A DNA stretch of 64,000 nucleotides from Pseudomonadota bacterium (GTDB taxonomy: Bacteria > Pseudomonadota > Alphaproteobacteria > Rhodobacterales > Rhodobacteraceae). This document shows positions 36,326 through 45,011 of this stretch, piece after piece. Both the position numbers and the translations under genes were made by a program. The stretch is taken from the NCBI GenBank assembly GCA_038525395.1, contig JBCBHS010000002.1:158863-222862 (forward strand), read 5' to 3'. How positions within the stretch are numbered: the stretch's first letter is position 1; every line of letters starts with the position of its first letter. The notes below the pieces were generated by a model, which searched no databases, was not told the origin of the DNA, and worked only from the letters and a program-made list of their open reading frames with translations.

Positions 36326-36669
36326 TCGAGCGGGGCCGGGGAAAAGCTCATACGCCCCTCGACCAGAAAATTGCCATTCTCGTCCTGCAAATCCTTGGCA
36401 TAGAACGTGGTCTGCATACCGGCGGGCACGGTGATGGTGACCTGGCCGTCGTTGGGGATCGGACCCAACTCCCAGCTGTCATTCTTGGCAACGATGTTGT
36501 GCGACCCGCCAGAGGCGTTCTCGAAATGCACCGTGTCACCGGCCGTCAGATACGTGATCTGCGGGAAATAGGCATCGGGCAGGATCAGAATCGTGTGCTC
36601 TGCCGCGTGGGCCGCGGTGGCGGTTGTCAGGGTGGCAAGGGTTGCCACAAGGGAAATCGCGCGCTTCAT
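36322..36669 (-). CDS. Small secreted protein, beta-sandwich-like, unknown function
   Basis: 115 aa from ATG 36669 (SD AGGAG). Signal peptide MKRAISLVATLATLTTATAAHA. The mature part has no Cys. The stop overlaps the convergent SRAP stop. Confidence 0.6.
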   Translation of the reverse strand: MKRAISLVATLATLTTATAAHAAEHTILILPDAYFPQITYLTAGDTVHFENASGGSHNIVAKNDSWELGPIPNDGQVTITVPAGMQTTFYAKDLQDENGNFLVEGRMSFSPAPLD

Positions 36670-36778
36670 CTCGGCACTCCTGGATTGCGTTGGCACCCCG
36701 GGCGAAAATCGGGGCGCGTTCCATGTTGGATGCGCGAGGATTGGGGCGGTTTTGCGGCGTGCGATGGGCAATCTGCGG

Positions 36779-37681
36779 TCAATCGCCCGCGACTTGGCCC
36801 GACAGCCAGGCGCGAAAGCTGCGCAGGCTGGGCGGCGCGGGGCGGTCGGCGGGCCAGACCAGGTAATAGTCACCGATGCTCCGTTCCGTTCCTGGTGCGG
36901 CTGCGACCAACGCGCCGCTGTCCAGATGTGCGGCTGCCACGAAGGTGGGCAGCAGGGCCACGCCCAAGCCGTGAATGGCCGCCTGCGCCATGGTCGAAAA
37001 CTGGTCAAAGACCATGCCCGCCTCGCCCGGCGGCGGCAGATCATGCGCCGCAAACCAGCGCGCCCAGGCCCGGGGCCGCGTATCCAGGTGCAACAGCGGC
37101 ACGCCCTGCAAGGCGGCAGGTGCCGCGCCTGCAGGCACAAGGCTAGGGGCCGCCGCGGCGATCACCGTCTCCGGCATCAGCGGCAGGGCCTCTGTCCCCG
37201 GCCAGTCGCGGCGGCCAAAGTGGATCGCCGCGTCAAAGGCCGTGCTGCGAAAGTCAAAGGGCGCAAGCCGCGTTGACAGGTTCACCGTCACCTCCGGGTG
37301 CATCGCCGCGAAATCCGCCAGCCGCGGCGCCAGCCAATGCATGCCAAAGGCGGGCAAAATGGCCAGGTTCAGCGCCCCGCCCTCGGGGTTCGCCCCCGCC
37401 GCGACAGAGGCGGAGCCAAGCCGCGTCAGCACATCGCGCACCTGGATCACATAGGCCCGCCCCGCCGGCGTCAGCACCAGATGCCGCCCCTGCCGCACAA
37501 ACAGGGCCGCGCCAATCTGCTCTTCCAGTGTCTTCAGTTGGCGGCTGATCGCACTTTGGGTCAACGACAGCTCTTGCGCCGCCGCGCTGGCCGACCCCAG
37601 CCGCGCCGCCGCCTCAAAGGCCAGCAGCGCAGGGATCGACGGCAGATAGCGGCGCGGCGCCAACATATGCGTTTTTCTCAT
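36779..37681 (-). CDS. LysR-family transcriptional regulator (GcdR-like, divergent from gcdH)
   Basis: 300 aa. [39 protein letters not shown]. Divergent arrangement with the glutaryl-CoA dehydrogenase gene. Confidence 0.88.
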   Translation of the reverse strand: MRKTHMLAPRRYLPSIPALLAFEAAARLGSASAAAQELSLTQSAISRQLKTLEEQIGAALFVRQGRHLVLTPAGRAYVIQVRDVLTRLGSASVAAGANPEGGALNLAILPAFGMHWLAPRLADFAAMHPEVTVNLSTRLAPFDFRSTAFDAAIHFGRRDWPGTEALPLMPETVIAAAAPSLVPAGAAPAALQGVPLLHLDTRPRAWARWFAAHDLPPPGEAGMVFDQFSTMAQAAIHGLGVALLPTFVAAAHLDSGALVAAAPGTERSIGDYYLVWPADRPAPPSLRSFRAWLSGQVAGD

Positions 37682-37765
37682 AGGTTGCAGAACAACCCTT
37701 CGTTAGATGTTTGGCCGCGCATCTGCAATACTGCGCCAAACGCACGCCCCGCGAGGAGACACGCC

Positions 37766-38989
37766 ATGAATGCAGAAACCAAAATCCTCAAAGCCAAAGA
37801 CGCCCCCGATCTGGGCAGCTTTGACTGGGCGGACCCCTTCCGCCTGTCCGAACAGCTGACCGAAGACGAACGGATGATCCAATCCTCCGCCGCCGCCTAC
37901 GCCCAGGAAAAGCTGGCGCCGCGCGTCGTCGACGCCTTTGTGTCCGAAACGTCGGAGCCCGAGATTTTCCGCGAGATGGGCGAGATGGGCCTCCTCGGTG
38001 TGACCCTGCCCGAAGCGTATGGCGGGCTTGGCGGCTCTTACGTGTCCTACGGCCTGGTCGCGCGCGAGGTCGAGCGGATCGATTCGGGGTACCGGTCGAT
38101 GATGTCGGTGCAGTCCAGCCTCGTGATGTACCCGATCTATGCTTACGGCTCAGAAGAGCAGCGGCGCAAATACCTGCCCAAACTGGCCTCGGGTGACTAT
38201 ATCGGCTGCTTTGGGCTGACCGAACCTGACGCAGGCTCGGACCCCGCGGGCATGAAAACCACCGCCAAAAAGACCGACGGCGGCTATGTGCTGAACGGCG
38301 CGAAAATGTGGATTTCGAACGCACCCATCGCCGATGTTTTTGTCATCTGGGCCAAGTCCGAGGCGCATGGCGGCAAGATCCGCGGCTTTGTCCTGGAAAA
38401 GGGCACGCCGGGCCTGTCCGCACCCAAGATCGAAAACAAACTCAGCCTGCGCGCCTCGATTACCGGTGAGATCGTGATGCAGAACGTCGAGGTCGGCGAG
38501 GACGCGCTGCTGCCCGATGTCCAAGGGCTCAAAGGCCCGTTCGGCTGCCTGAACCGCGCGCGCTATGGCATCAGCTGGGGCGCCATGGGCGCGGCCGAGT
38601 TCTGCTGGCACGCCGCGCGGCAATACGGGCTCGACCGCAAGCAATTCGGCAAACCGCTGGCGCAGACGCAGCTCTTCCAAAAGAAGCTCGCCGACATGCA
38701 GACCGAGATCGCGCTGGGCCTGCAAGGGGCTTTGCAAGTGGGCCGGCTGATGGACGCGGCCCAAGCGGCGCCTGAAATGATCTCGATCGTCAAGCGCAAC
38801 AACTGCGGCAAGGCGCTCGACATCGCCCGCCATGCGCGTGACATGCACGGCGGCAACGGCATCTCGGGCGACTTTCAGGTCATGCGGCACATGGTGAACC
38901 TAGAAACGGTGAACACCTACGAGGGCACCCATGACGTCCACGCGCTCATCCTTGGACGCGCGCAAACCGGCCTGCAGGCATTCTTCTAA
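37766..38989 (+). CDS. gcdH: Glutaryl-CoA dehydrogenase
   Basis: ATG 37766 (SD GAGGAGA). 407 aa. [20 protein letters not shown] opening and an ACAD core typical of GcdH. Confidence 0.9.
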   Translation: MNAETKILKAKDAPDLGSFDWADPFRLSEQLTEDERMIQSSAAAYAQEKLAPRVVDAFVSETSEPEIFREMGEMGLLGVTLPEAYGGLGGSYVSYGLVAREVERIDSGYRSMMSVQSSLVMYPIYAYGSEEQRRKYLPKLASGDYIGCFGLTEPDAGSDPAGMKTTAKKTDGGYVLNGAKMWISNAPIADVFVIWAKSEAHGGKIRGFVLEKGTPGLSAPKIENKLSLRASITGEIVMQNVEVGEDALLPDVQGLKGPFGCLNRARYGISWGAMGAAEFCWHAARQYGLDRKQFGKPLAQTQLFQKKLADMQTEIALGLQGALQVGRLMDAAQAAPEMISIVKRNNCGKALDIARHARDMHGGNGISGDFQVMRHMVNLETVNTYEGTHDVHALILGRAQTGLQAFF

Positions 38990-38996
38990 CCGGGCA

Positions 38997-39100
38997 GGGG
39001 GGCTGTCTGCCCCCCGCGCTGCGCGCCCCCCCGAGGATTTTCTTGGAACAGAGAAACAAGGGCCCCCTCTTCTCTGTTCTAAAAAAATCCCCGCCGGAGG
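38997..39100. repeat. Intergenic composite repeat, copy R4: hairpin plus both arms as a compact palindrome
   Basis: GGGGGGC-tgtct-GCCCCCC (38997-39015). After it, CCCCCCCGAGGATTTTCTTGGAACAGAGAA (39026-39055) faces TTCTCTGTTCTAAAAAAATCCCCGCCGG (39070-39097): 21-nt arms, 2 mismatches, 14-nt spacer. It lies immediately after the gcdH stop. Confidence 0.7.
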
Positions 39101-39130
39101 CCTAAAATCTACATCCCGACCAGAGGCCGC

Positions 39131-41281
39131 ATGGACCGCGTTTCGATTGTTCACGAAAACCTGCTGCACAAGGTGGCGGCCAACGACCTCCCCTGCGTCA
39201 CCCCCGAAGGCCTCGACCCAGCAACCAGCCGTGCGCTTTTTGACCAGCAGTGCCTGACCCGCGCCCTCGATATCGTCAGCCGCGAGATGCAGAAGGCGGG
39301 CAGGGGGTTTTACACCATCGGGTCGTCCGGGCACGAGGGCATGGCGGCGGTGGCACATGCGCTGCGGCCCGACGACATCGCCTTTCTCCACTACCGCGAC
39401 GGCGCGTTTCAGGTGGCGCGGGCGGCGCAGCGCGGCCAGGATATGTGCCGCGACATGCTGCTCAGCTTTGCCTGCGCCGCCGCGGACCCGACCAGCGGCG
39501 GGCGTCACAAGGTGCTGGGCAGCCGCGCCTTGTTCATCCCGCCGCAGACCTCGACCATCGCCAGCCACCTGCCCAAGGCGGTCGGGGCGGCCTTTGGCAT
39601 TGGCCTGGCCCGCCGCGAACGCCCGGCGCAGGCGATCTTGCCCGCCGACGGCATTGCGATGGCAAGCTTTGGCGATGCGTCGCTGAACCACTCCACAGCC
39701 CAGGGCGCGATCAATGCCGCTGGCTGGACGGCCGTCCAGGGCGTGCCCTTGCCGCTTTTGCTGGTATGCGAGGACAACGGCATCGGCATCTCGACCAAGA
39801 CGCCCGCAGGCTGGGTCGCGGCCAGTCTGGCGCACCGCCCCGGCCTTACCTATTTCGCAGGCGACGGCTGTGACCTCTGGGATGCGCACCGGGCCGCGAC
39901 CCAGGCGGCCACGTTTGTGCGCACCCACCGCAAGCCTGCGGTCCTGCACCTGCGCACCGTGCGCCTATATGGCCACGCAGGCGCGGATGTGGCCACCAGC
40001 TATCTCGCCCAGGCCGAGGTTGAGGCGGACGAGGCCAACGATCCGCTTTTGCGCAGTGCGGCCGGGCTGATGGCTCTGGGGATGGATGCGGATGACGTCC
40101 TCGACATCTACCACAGCGCCCTGGCCCGCACGCGGGCCGAGGCTGCGCGCATCGCAGATGCGCCCGCACTCAGTGGCGCGCAAGAGGTCATGGCAGCCAT
40201 CGTTCCCCCGGCGCGGCCCGCGGCGGCATCCAACGGGCCCAGCCAGGCCGCACGCGCCGCCGCCTTTGGCGGGGATCTGGCGCAGATGGACCAGCCGCAG
40301 CCGATGTCCAAGCTGATCAATTGGGCCTTGACCGACCTCATGCTCGCCCACCCCGAAACGGTCGTGATGGGCCAGGACGTGGGGCGCAAGGGCGGTGTGT
40401 ATGGCGTGACGCAAAAGCTGCAGGCGCGGTTTGGCATGGGGCGGGTCATCGACACTCTGCTGGACGAACAGTCGATCCTCGGCCTCGCCATCGGCATGGC
40501 GCATAACGGTTTTGTCCCGATGCCCGAGATCCAATTCCTCGCCTACTTGCACAATGCCGAGGATCAGCTGCGGGGCGAGGCGGCGACCTTGCCCTTCTTC
40601 TCGAACGGGCAATGGGCGAACCCGATGGTGCTGCGCATTGCGGGCCTTGGATATCAGAAAGGGTTTGGCGGGCATTTTCACAACGACAACGCCCTGGCGG
40701 TGCTGCGCGACATCCCCGGGCTGATCCTGGCCTGCCCGTCGGACGGGGCCGATGCGGTGCAGATGCTGCGCGAATGCCATCGCCTTGCGCGCGCGGAAAA
40801 CCGTGTATGTGTGTTTGTCGAGCCGATTGCGCTCTACCCCATGCGCGACGTCACGCCGGGCGATGGGGCGTGGATGCGCCACTATCCTGCGCCGGATGCG
40901 ACGCTGCCGCTGGGCGAGGTTGGCGTGACGGGCGCGGGCGATCTGGCCATCGTGACCTTCGGCAATGGCCGCTACCTCGCCGCCCAGGCGCAGGTGCCCG
41001 GGGCGCGCATTGTCGATCTGCGCTGGCTGGCGCCCCTGCCGGTGGAAAGCCTGCTGCGTGCCTTGGACGGCTGCACCCATGTGCTGGTCGTGGATGAAAC
41101 CCGCCGGTCGGGCGGCGTGGCCGAGGGGGTGATGACCGCCCTGTGCGAGGCCGGGCACAACCGCATCGCGCGCTACACGGGCCAGGACAGCTTTATCGCG
41201 ACCGGCCCCGCCTATGCTGCGACGCTGCCCTCGGCGGATGGCATCCGCGACGCTGCCGCTGCCCTGCGGGCCAAAGGTTAA
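39131..41281 (+). CDS. Fused alpha/beta E1 component of a 2-oxoacid dehydrogenase (TPP-dependent), orphan
   Basis: 716 aa. The N-terminal half resembles E1-alpha (TPP binding). The C-terminal half resembles E1-beta/transketolase pyrimidine-binding (GQDVGRKGGVYGVTQKLQARFG..., FLAYLHNAEDQ). No E2 or E3 gene is nearby. Confidence 0.82.
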   Translation: MDRVSIVHENLLHKVAANDLPCVTPEGLDPATSRALFDQQCLTRALDIVSREMQKAGRGFYTIGSSGHEGMAAVAHALRPDDIAFLHYRDGAFQVARAAQRGQDMCRDMLLSFACAAADPTSGGRHKVLGSRALFIPPQTSTIASHLPKAVGAAFGIGLARRERPAQAILPADGIAMASFGDASLNHSTAQGAINAAGWTAVQGVPLPLLLVCEDNGIGISTKTPAGWVAASLAHRPGLTYFAGDGCDLWDAHRAATQAATFVRTHRKPAVLHLRTVRLYGHAGADVATSYLAQAEVEADEANDPLLRSAAGLMALGMDADDVLDIYHSALARTRAEAARIADAPALSGAQEVMAAIVPPARPAAASNGPSQAARAAAFGGDLAQMDQPQPMSKLINWALTDLMLAHPETVVMGQDVGRKGGVYGVTQKLQARFGMGRVIDTLLDEQSILGLAIGMAHNGFVPMPEIQFLAYLHNAEDQLRGEAATLPFFSNGQWANPMVLRIAGLGYQKGFGGHFHNDNALAVLRDIPGLILACPSDGADAVQMLRECHRLARAENRVCVFVEPIALYPMRDVTPGDGAWMRHYPAPDATLPLGEVGVTGAGDLAIVTFGNGRYLAAQAQVPGARIVDLRWLAPLPVESLLRALDGCTHVLVVDETRRSGGVAEGVMTALCEAGHNRIARYTGQDSFIATGPAYAATLPSADGIRDAAAALRAKG

Positions 41282-41308
41282 CCAAGAGTTATTGGGGCGG
41301 GGCAAACC

Positions 41309-41330
41309 TTAACACGCGCGCGAGTGTTAA
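41309..41330. other. Palindrome TTAACAC-N8-GTGTTAA just after the E1 gene
   Basis: Perfect 7-nt arms around GCGCGCGA, 28 nt after the stop. No T-run follows, so the function is unclear. Confidence 0.4.
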
Positions 41331-41357
41331 CAGGGGGTAAAGCGCCAAGGCGGCTGC

Positions 41358-41466
41358 AAACTGCGCGTTTTGGCGGCGAAACTGCGCAAAGGCGCCTGAA
41401 ACGGCCCAAACGGCCCGCTGCGCGGCGATGGAAACTGTGCGTTTCTACGCGCAATTTGCGCAGTTT
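41358..41466. repeat. Cluster of four AAACTG(C/T)GC 9-mers (three direct, one inverted) in a convergent intergenic region
   Basis: AAACTGCGC at 41358 and 41379, AAACTGTGC at 41432, GCGCAGTTT at 41458. Tandem AAACGGCCC x2 at 41399-41416. Confidence 0.5.
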
Positions 41467-41500
41467 GGCCCGCACGGCCCACCGTACGCCGCGTTTATGC

Positions 41501-42490
41501 TTATCCCCCGGCCATCGCGTTGGACCGCGCTACCAGATCGACGCCCATCTGCGCCATCAGGTCCATGTAGTCCAAGCAGACCCAATTCTCGGCAATCTGC
41601 CCGTCCGCGCAGCGGTAGAAATCCATCACCCGCAAGGTCAGTGATCTGCCCGTCCCGGGCACCCCAAGATAGGGGGCCGCGTGGGTCATCGTCATCGACG
41701 GCCAGCCCGAGATCGCGGCATAATTGCCCTGCCCGATCCGGGCATAGTGGTTGCCCCCCTTGCGGTCGGGAAAGGCGGCAAGGAAGGGGGCGCGGTGATC
41801 CTTGACGAACCCGTCCCAGCGGTAGTTCGACCCGACCCCGCCCGGCCCGTACCACAGCATGTCATCGGCCCAATACCCGTCTTTGCCGGTCTGCCCCTTC
41901 GAGGCGCCGGTTTGCGGGTCATAGACGTGCAGATCGCCCAACATCGCCTCGATCAGATCAAGGCTGGCGGCGCCGTCGCCAGGGGGCAAGATACCGTCAT
42001 GGGTGGCGGGGGCTGGAAACAGCATCTCGGTCCCCAGCAGGCCACCAAAGGGGTCGCGCCCCGCCTGGCGCATCAGGTCCGGCAGGTCGAGGATGATCCG
42101 CGCCTCGACGATCTGGTCACCCTCGACGCGGTAAAACTCGCCCGCGCGCAGAAAGGCCAGGCGATTCGACGGCGCAGCGCCCCAAAGCGGGGTTGCAAAG
42201 GTGCCGACATAGTGGGTGATCGCCGCAATCCAGGTGCCGCCGACGGCCCGCCGGTTGGGTCCGGTGATAAACAGATCATCGCGCCGCCGGGCATGCCGCA
42301 GCGCGGCGCGCATGGGGCCATAGGCCAGGTCCCACGCGGCATCACGCCCGGCCAGATCGTTCACAGGATGCGAGAAATAAAAGGCGCAGTCGGGCGCGAC
42401 CACAGCGTCAAAACTGTGCCGCGCTGCAGCAGGATCGTCTTGCCACATGGCGTTGAGATGGGCGCGGATGCGCAGGATTTGATCAGACAC
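41501..42490 (-). CDS. Two-domain SnoaL/NTF2-like (ester-cyclase-like) protein, paralogue P1
   Basis: I prefer GTG 42490 (SD GAGGGG 5 nt upstream), because the track TTG start at 42526 lies inside the operator palindrome. The C-domain carries WYGPGGVG, FPDR, DFYR, ENWV and MAQMGVDL, shared with P2 and P3. Confidence 0.7.
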   Translation of the reverse strand: MSDQILRIRAHLNAMWQDDPAAARHSFDAVVAPDCAFYFSHPVNDLAGRDAAWDLAYGPMRAALRHARRRDDLFITGPNRRAVGGTWIAAITHYVGTFATPLWGAAPSNRLAFLRAGEFYRVEGDQIVEARIILDLPDLMRQAGRDPFGGLLGTEMLFPAPATHDGILPPGDGAASLDLIEAMLGDLHVYDPQTGASKGQTGKDGYWADDMLWYGPGGVGSNYRWDGFVKDHRAPFLAAFPDRKGGNHYARIGQGNYAAISGWPSMTMTHAAPYLGVPGTGRSLTLRVMDFYRCADGQIAENWVCLDYMDLMAQMGVDLVARSNAMAGG

Positions 42491-42508
42491 AAGGCCCCTC
42501 ACTTTGGA

Positions 42509-42528
42509 TTTTGCACACGTGTGCAAAA
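42509..42528. promoter_or_regulatory. Perfect 20-bp palindromic operator, LacI-family type
   Basis: TTTTGCACAC|GTGTGCAAAA has a central CG and fits the TGnnnnCGnnnnCA LacI-type operator shape. It lies in the divergent P1 / ABC-operon promoter region. The only LacI-family gene in the window is at 53580-54599. Confidence 0.65.
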
Positions 42529-42592
42529 AACAGTTGCCAAGTCCAAGGGCCGATGTCTAGCCTTTATCAACCAGCCGCGACGGGGGTATCCG

Positions 42593-43639
42593 ATGGCCGA
42601 AATCCAATTGCGCAACATCAACAAGCGTTGGGGCAGTTTTGTGGGGGTCGATAACTTTGACCTGACCATTGCTGACCAGGAATTTCTGGTACTGCTGGGC
42701 CCGTCTGGCTGTGGCAAGACAACGACTATGCGCATGATTGCGGGGCTTGAGGACGCGACCGAAGGCGACATTATGATCGACGGCAAGCGGGTCAACGATC
42801 TGGACCCCAAGGACCGCGATGTGGCGATGGTGTTTCAGTCCTACGGGCTGTACCCGCACCTGAATGTCTATGAAAACATTCGCTTTCCCTTGAAAGTCCG
42901 CAAGGTGGACCCCGGCAGCCATGACGAACGTGTGCGCCGGGCCAGCGCCATGGTCGAACTGGATGACTTCCTGCATCGCAAGCCCGCGGAACTCTCCGGC
43001 GGCCAGCGCCAGCGTGTGGCCCTGGCCCGCGCGATCGTGCGGGAACCGAACGTTTTCCTGATGGACGAGCCGCTGTCGAACCTCGACGCCAAGCTGCGCG
43101 TGTCGACCCGCGCGCAGATCAAAAACCTCAGCCACGAATTGAAGGTCACCACCGTCTACGTGACCCACGACCAGATCGAGGCGATGACGCTGGCCGACCG
43201 TGTCGTGGTGATGAAGCAGGGCAAGGTCCAGCAGGTCGGCACGCCCACGGAAATCTACGACCGCCCCGCCAACACCTTTGTCGCCAGCTTTATCGGCTCG
43301 CCCGCCATGAACCTGATGGAGGGGACGATGGCCGCCGGCACGTTCACCGGTGACAACGTCACGATCAGCGGCCTGCCCGCGCCGGACGGTCCCGTCACCA
43401 TGGGTTTCCGGGCCGAAGATGCATCGCTGGCAGACGCAGGCGGGCAGATCACCGCGCCGATCTACACGATTGAATTGCTGGGCGACGCCACGATGCTGAC
43501 GGTGCGCGCAGGCGGGCAATTGGTGTCGGTCAAAGCGCACAAGGAATTCCGGGCCGAGATCGGGGATACGGTGTCTTTCGCCATTCCACCCGCGATCTGC
43601 CACGCCTTTTCAACGTCTTCCGGCGAGCGTCTCGCCTGA
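42593..43639 (+). CDS. ABC transporter ATP-binding protein (MalK/UgpC-type, CUT1 family)
   Basis: 348 aa. Walker A GPSGCGKTT, signature LSGGQRQRVA, Walker B FLMDEPLSNLD, and a C-terminal TOBE-like regulatory domain. Confidence 0.93.
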   Translation: MAEIQLRNINKRWGSFVGVDNFDLTIADQEFLVLLGPSGCGKTTTMRMIAGLEDATEGDIMIDGKRVNDLDPKDRDVAMVFQSYGLYPHLNVYENIRFPLKVRKVDPGSHDERVRRASAMVELDDFLHRKPAELSGGQRQRVALARAIVREPNVFLMDEPLSNLDAKLRVSTRAQIKNLSHELKVTTVYVTHDQIEAMTLADRVVVMKQGKVQQVGTPTEIYDRPANTFVASFIGSPAMNLMEGTMAAGTFTGDNVTISGLPAPDGPVTMGFRAEDASLADAGGQITAPIYTIELLGDATMLTVRAGGQLVSVKAHKEFRAEIGDTVSFAIPPAICHAFSTSSGERLA

Positions 43640-43733
43640 GGTCCTGCCTGGCCGGGGGCACCCGGACCGGGCCAACACCCGTCCGTGCAGGCTTGCAAGA
43701 TGCACGGGCATATTCGCAACAGGGAGTTTGCAT

Positions 43734-44954
43734 ATGTATCTGAAGAAACTGGCACTGGCGGGCGCTGTCTCGCTTTTGGGCACCACGGCCTTTGCCGCGT
43801 GTTCCTATGAAAACGAGGTGCCGCTGAAGTCGCTGAGCGCGGGCTTTGAAGCGTGGAAAGCCGTCACCGACGCGATGGCCGAGTGTGGCAACTTCCAGGC
43901 CGAGCTGGACCAGGAATTCCGCACCAAACAGCCCGCCGCGTTCGAGGCGAACCCGTCGCTCTATCACATCGGTGGGGTGTCGAACGGCACCATCACGCCG
44001 CTGCTGAACGCCGGCACAATCCGTCCGCTGGACGATCTGGTCGCCAAATACGGCGCCAGCCTGTCGCCCAACCAGCTGATCCGCGTGGACGGCAAGATCA
44101 TGGCCGTGGCCATGATGGTGAACACGCAGCACCTGATGTACCGCACGGATATCTTCAGCGATCTGGGCCTCGAAGTGCCGACATCCTGGGACGAGGTCTT
44201 TGCCGCGGCCGACGCCATCCAAGAGGCAGGCGTTGTCGACTATCCCATTGGTGCGACAATGAAATCCGGCTGGAACTTGGCCCAGGAATTCGTGAACATG
44301 TATCCCGGGTTCGGTGGCGCGTTCTTTAACGATGACAACACCACCGCCATCAACTCCGACGCGGGGATGAAGGCGCTGGAGGTCATGGCCAAGACGCTGG
44401 AATACACCGACCCCGAGGTTCTGGTCAGCGACAGCACCTATGTGCAGCAGCAGTTCCAGCAGGGCAAGATCGCCATGTCCAACCTCTGGGCCTCGCGCGG
44501 CGGTGCCATGGATGACGAGAACGAAAGCCAGGTTGTGGGCAAGGTCGCAATGGCCGCAGCCCCCGTTGCCATGGACGGCGGCGCGCCTGCGACCACCCTG
44601 TGGTGGGACGGCATCGTCATCGCCTCCAACATCACCGACGAAGAGGCCGACGCCGCCTTCCGCCTGGTGATGGAGGGCCTGGACGAAGAGATGGTCACCG
44701 CCAACAACGAAGCGGCGATCTGGCTGGTCGGCGGCTATGCGCCCGGCCCGCTGGCCGAGGGTGCCATTGCCACAGCGACGGCACAGCCCGCACCGCCGCC
44801 CTATCCGTCGACCACACAGATGGGTCTGCTGCACACCGCCCTGGGCAACGAGCTGCCGTCCTTCCTGACCGGTGACCGCGACGCTGCCGCGACCCTGGTC
44901 GCCATCGAAGAGGCCTACACCACGTCGGCCAAAGAGGCCGGTGTGCTGGAATAA
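43734..44954 (+). CDS. ABC transporter substrate-binding protein (extracellular solute-binding family 1)
   Basis: ATG 43734 (SD GGGAG). Signal peptide MYLKKLALAGAVSLLGTTAFAAC (possible lipobox). About 400-aa SBP_bac_1-like body. Confidence 0.86.
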   Translation: MYLKKLALAGAVSLLGTTAFAACSYENEVPLKSLSAGFEAWKAVTDAMAECGNFQAELDQEFRTKQPAAFEANPSLYHIGGVSNGTITPLLNAGTIRPLDDLVAKYGASLSPNQLIRVDGKIMAVAMMVNTQHLMYRTDIFSDLGLEVPTSWDEVFAAADAIQEAGVVDYPIGATMKSGWNLAQEFVNMYPGFGGAFFNDDNTTAINSDAGMKALEVMAKTLEYTDPEVLVSDSTYVQQQFQQGKIAMSNLWASRGGAMDDENESQVVGKVAMAAAPVAMDGGAPATTLWWDGIVIASNITDEEADAAFRLVMEGLDEEMVTANNEAAIWLVGGYAPGPLAEGAIATATAQPAPPPYPSTTQMGLLHTALGNELPSFLTGDRDAAATLVAIEEAYTTSAKEAGVLE

Positions 44955-45011
44955 GCCACCACTCGGCTGGCCAGAGCGTACTCTCTGGCCAGCCCACTTT
45001 CCGGGGGACTG

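Noticed and set aside
36322-36669. Calling the small secreted protein a blue-copper (pseudoazurin/plastocyanin-like) protein.
   Set aside because: The mature sequence has no cysteine, so the type-1 copper site (His-Cys-His-Met) cannot be formed. I kept only a generic secreted beta-sandwich-like protein call.
42491-42526. The longer P1 gene model starting at TTG 42526 (MHTCAKSKVRGL...).
   Set aside because: The start codon would lie inside the perfect 20-bp operator palindrome and has no SD. GTG 42490 has GAGGGG 5 nt upstream and removes an implausible Cys/Lys-rich leader.
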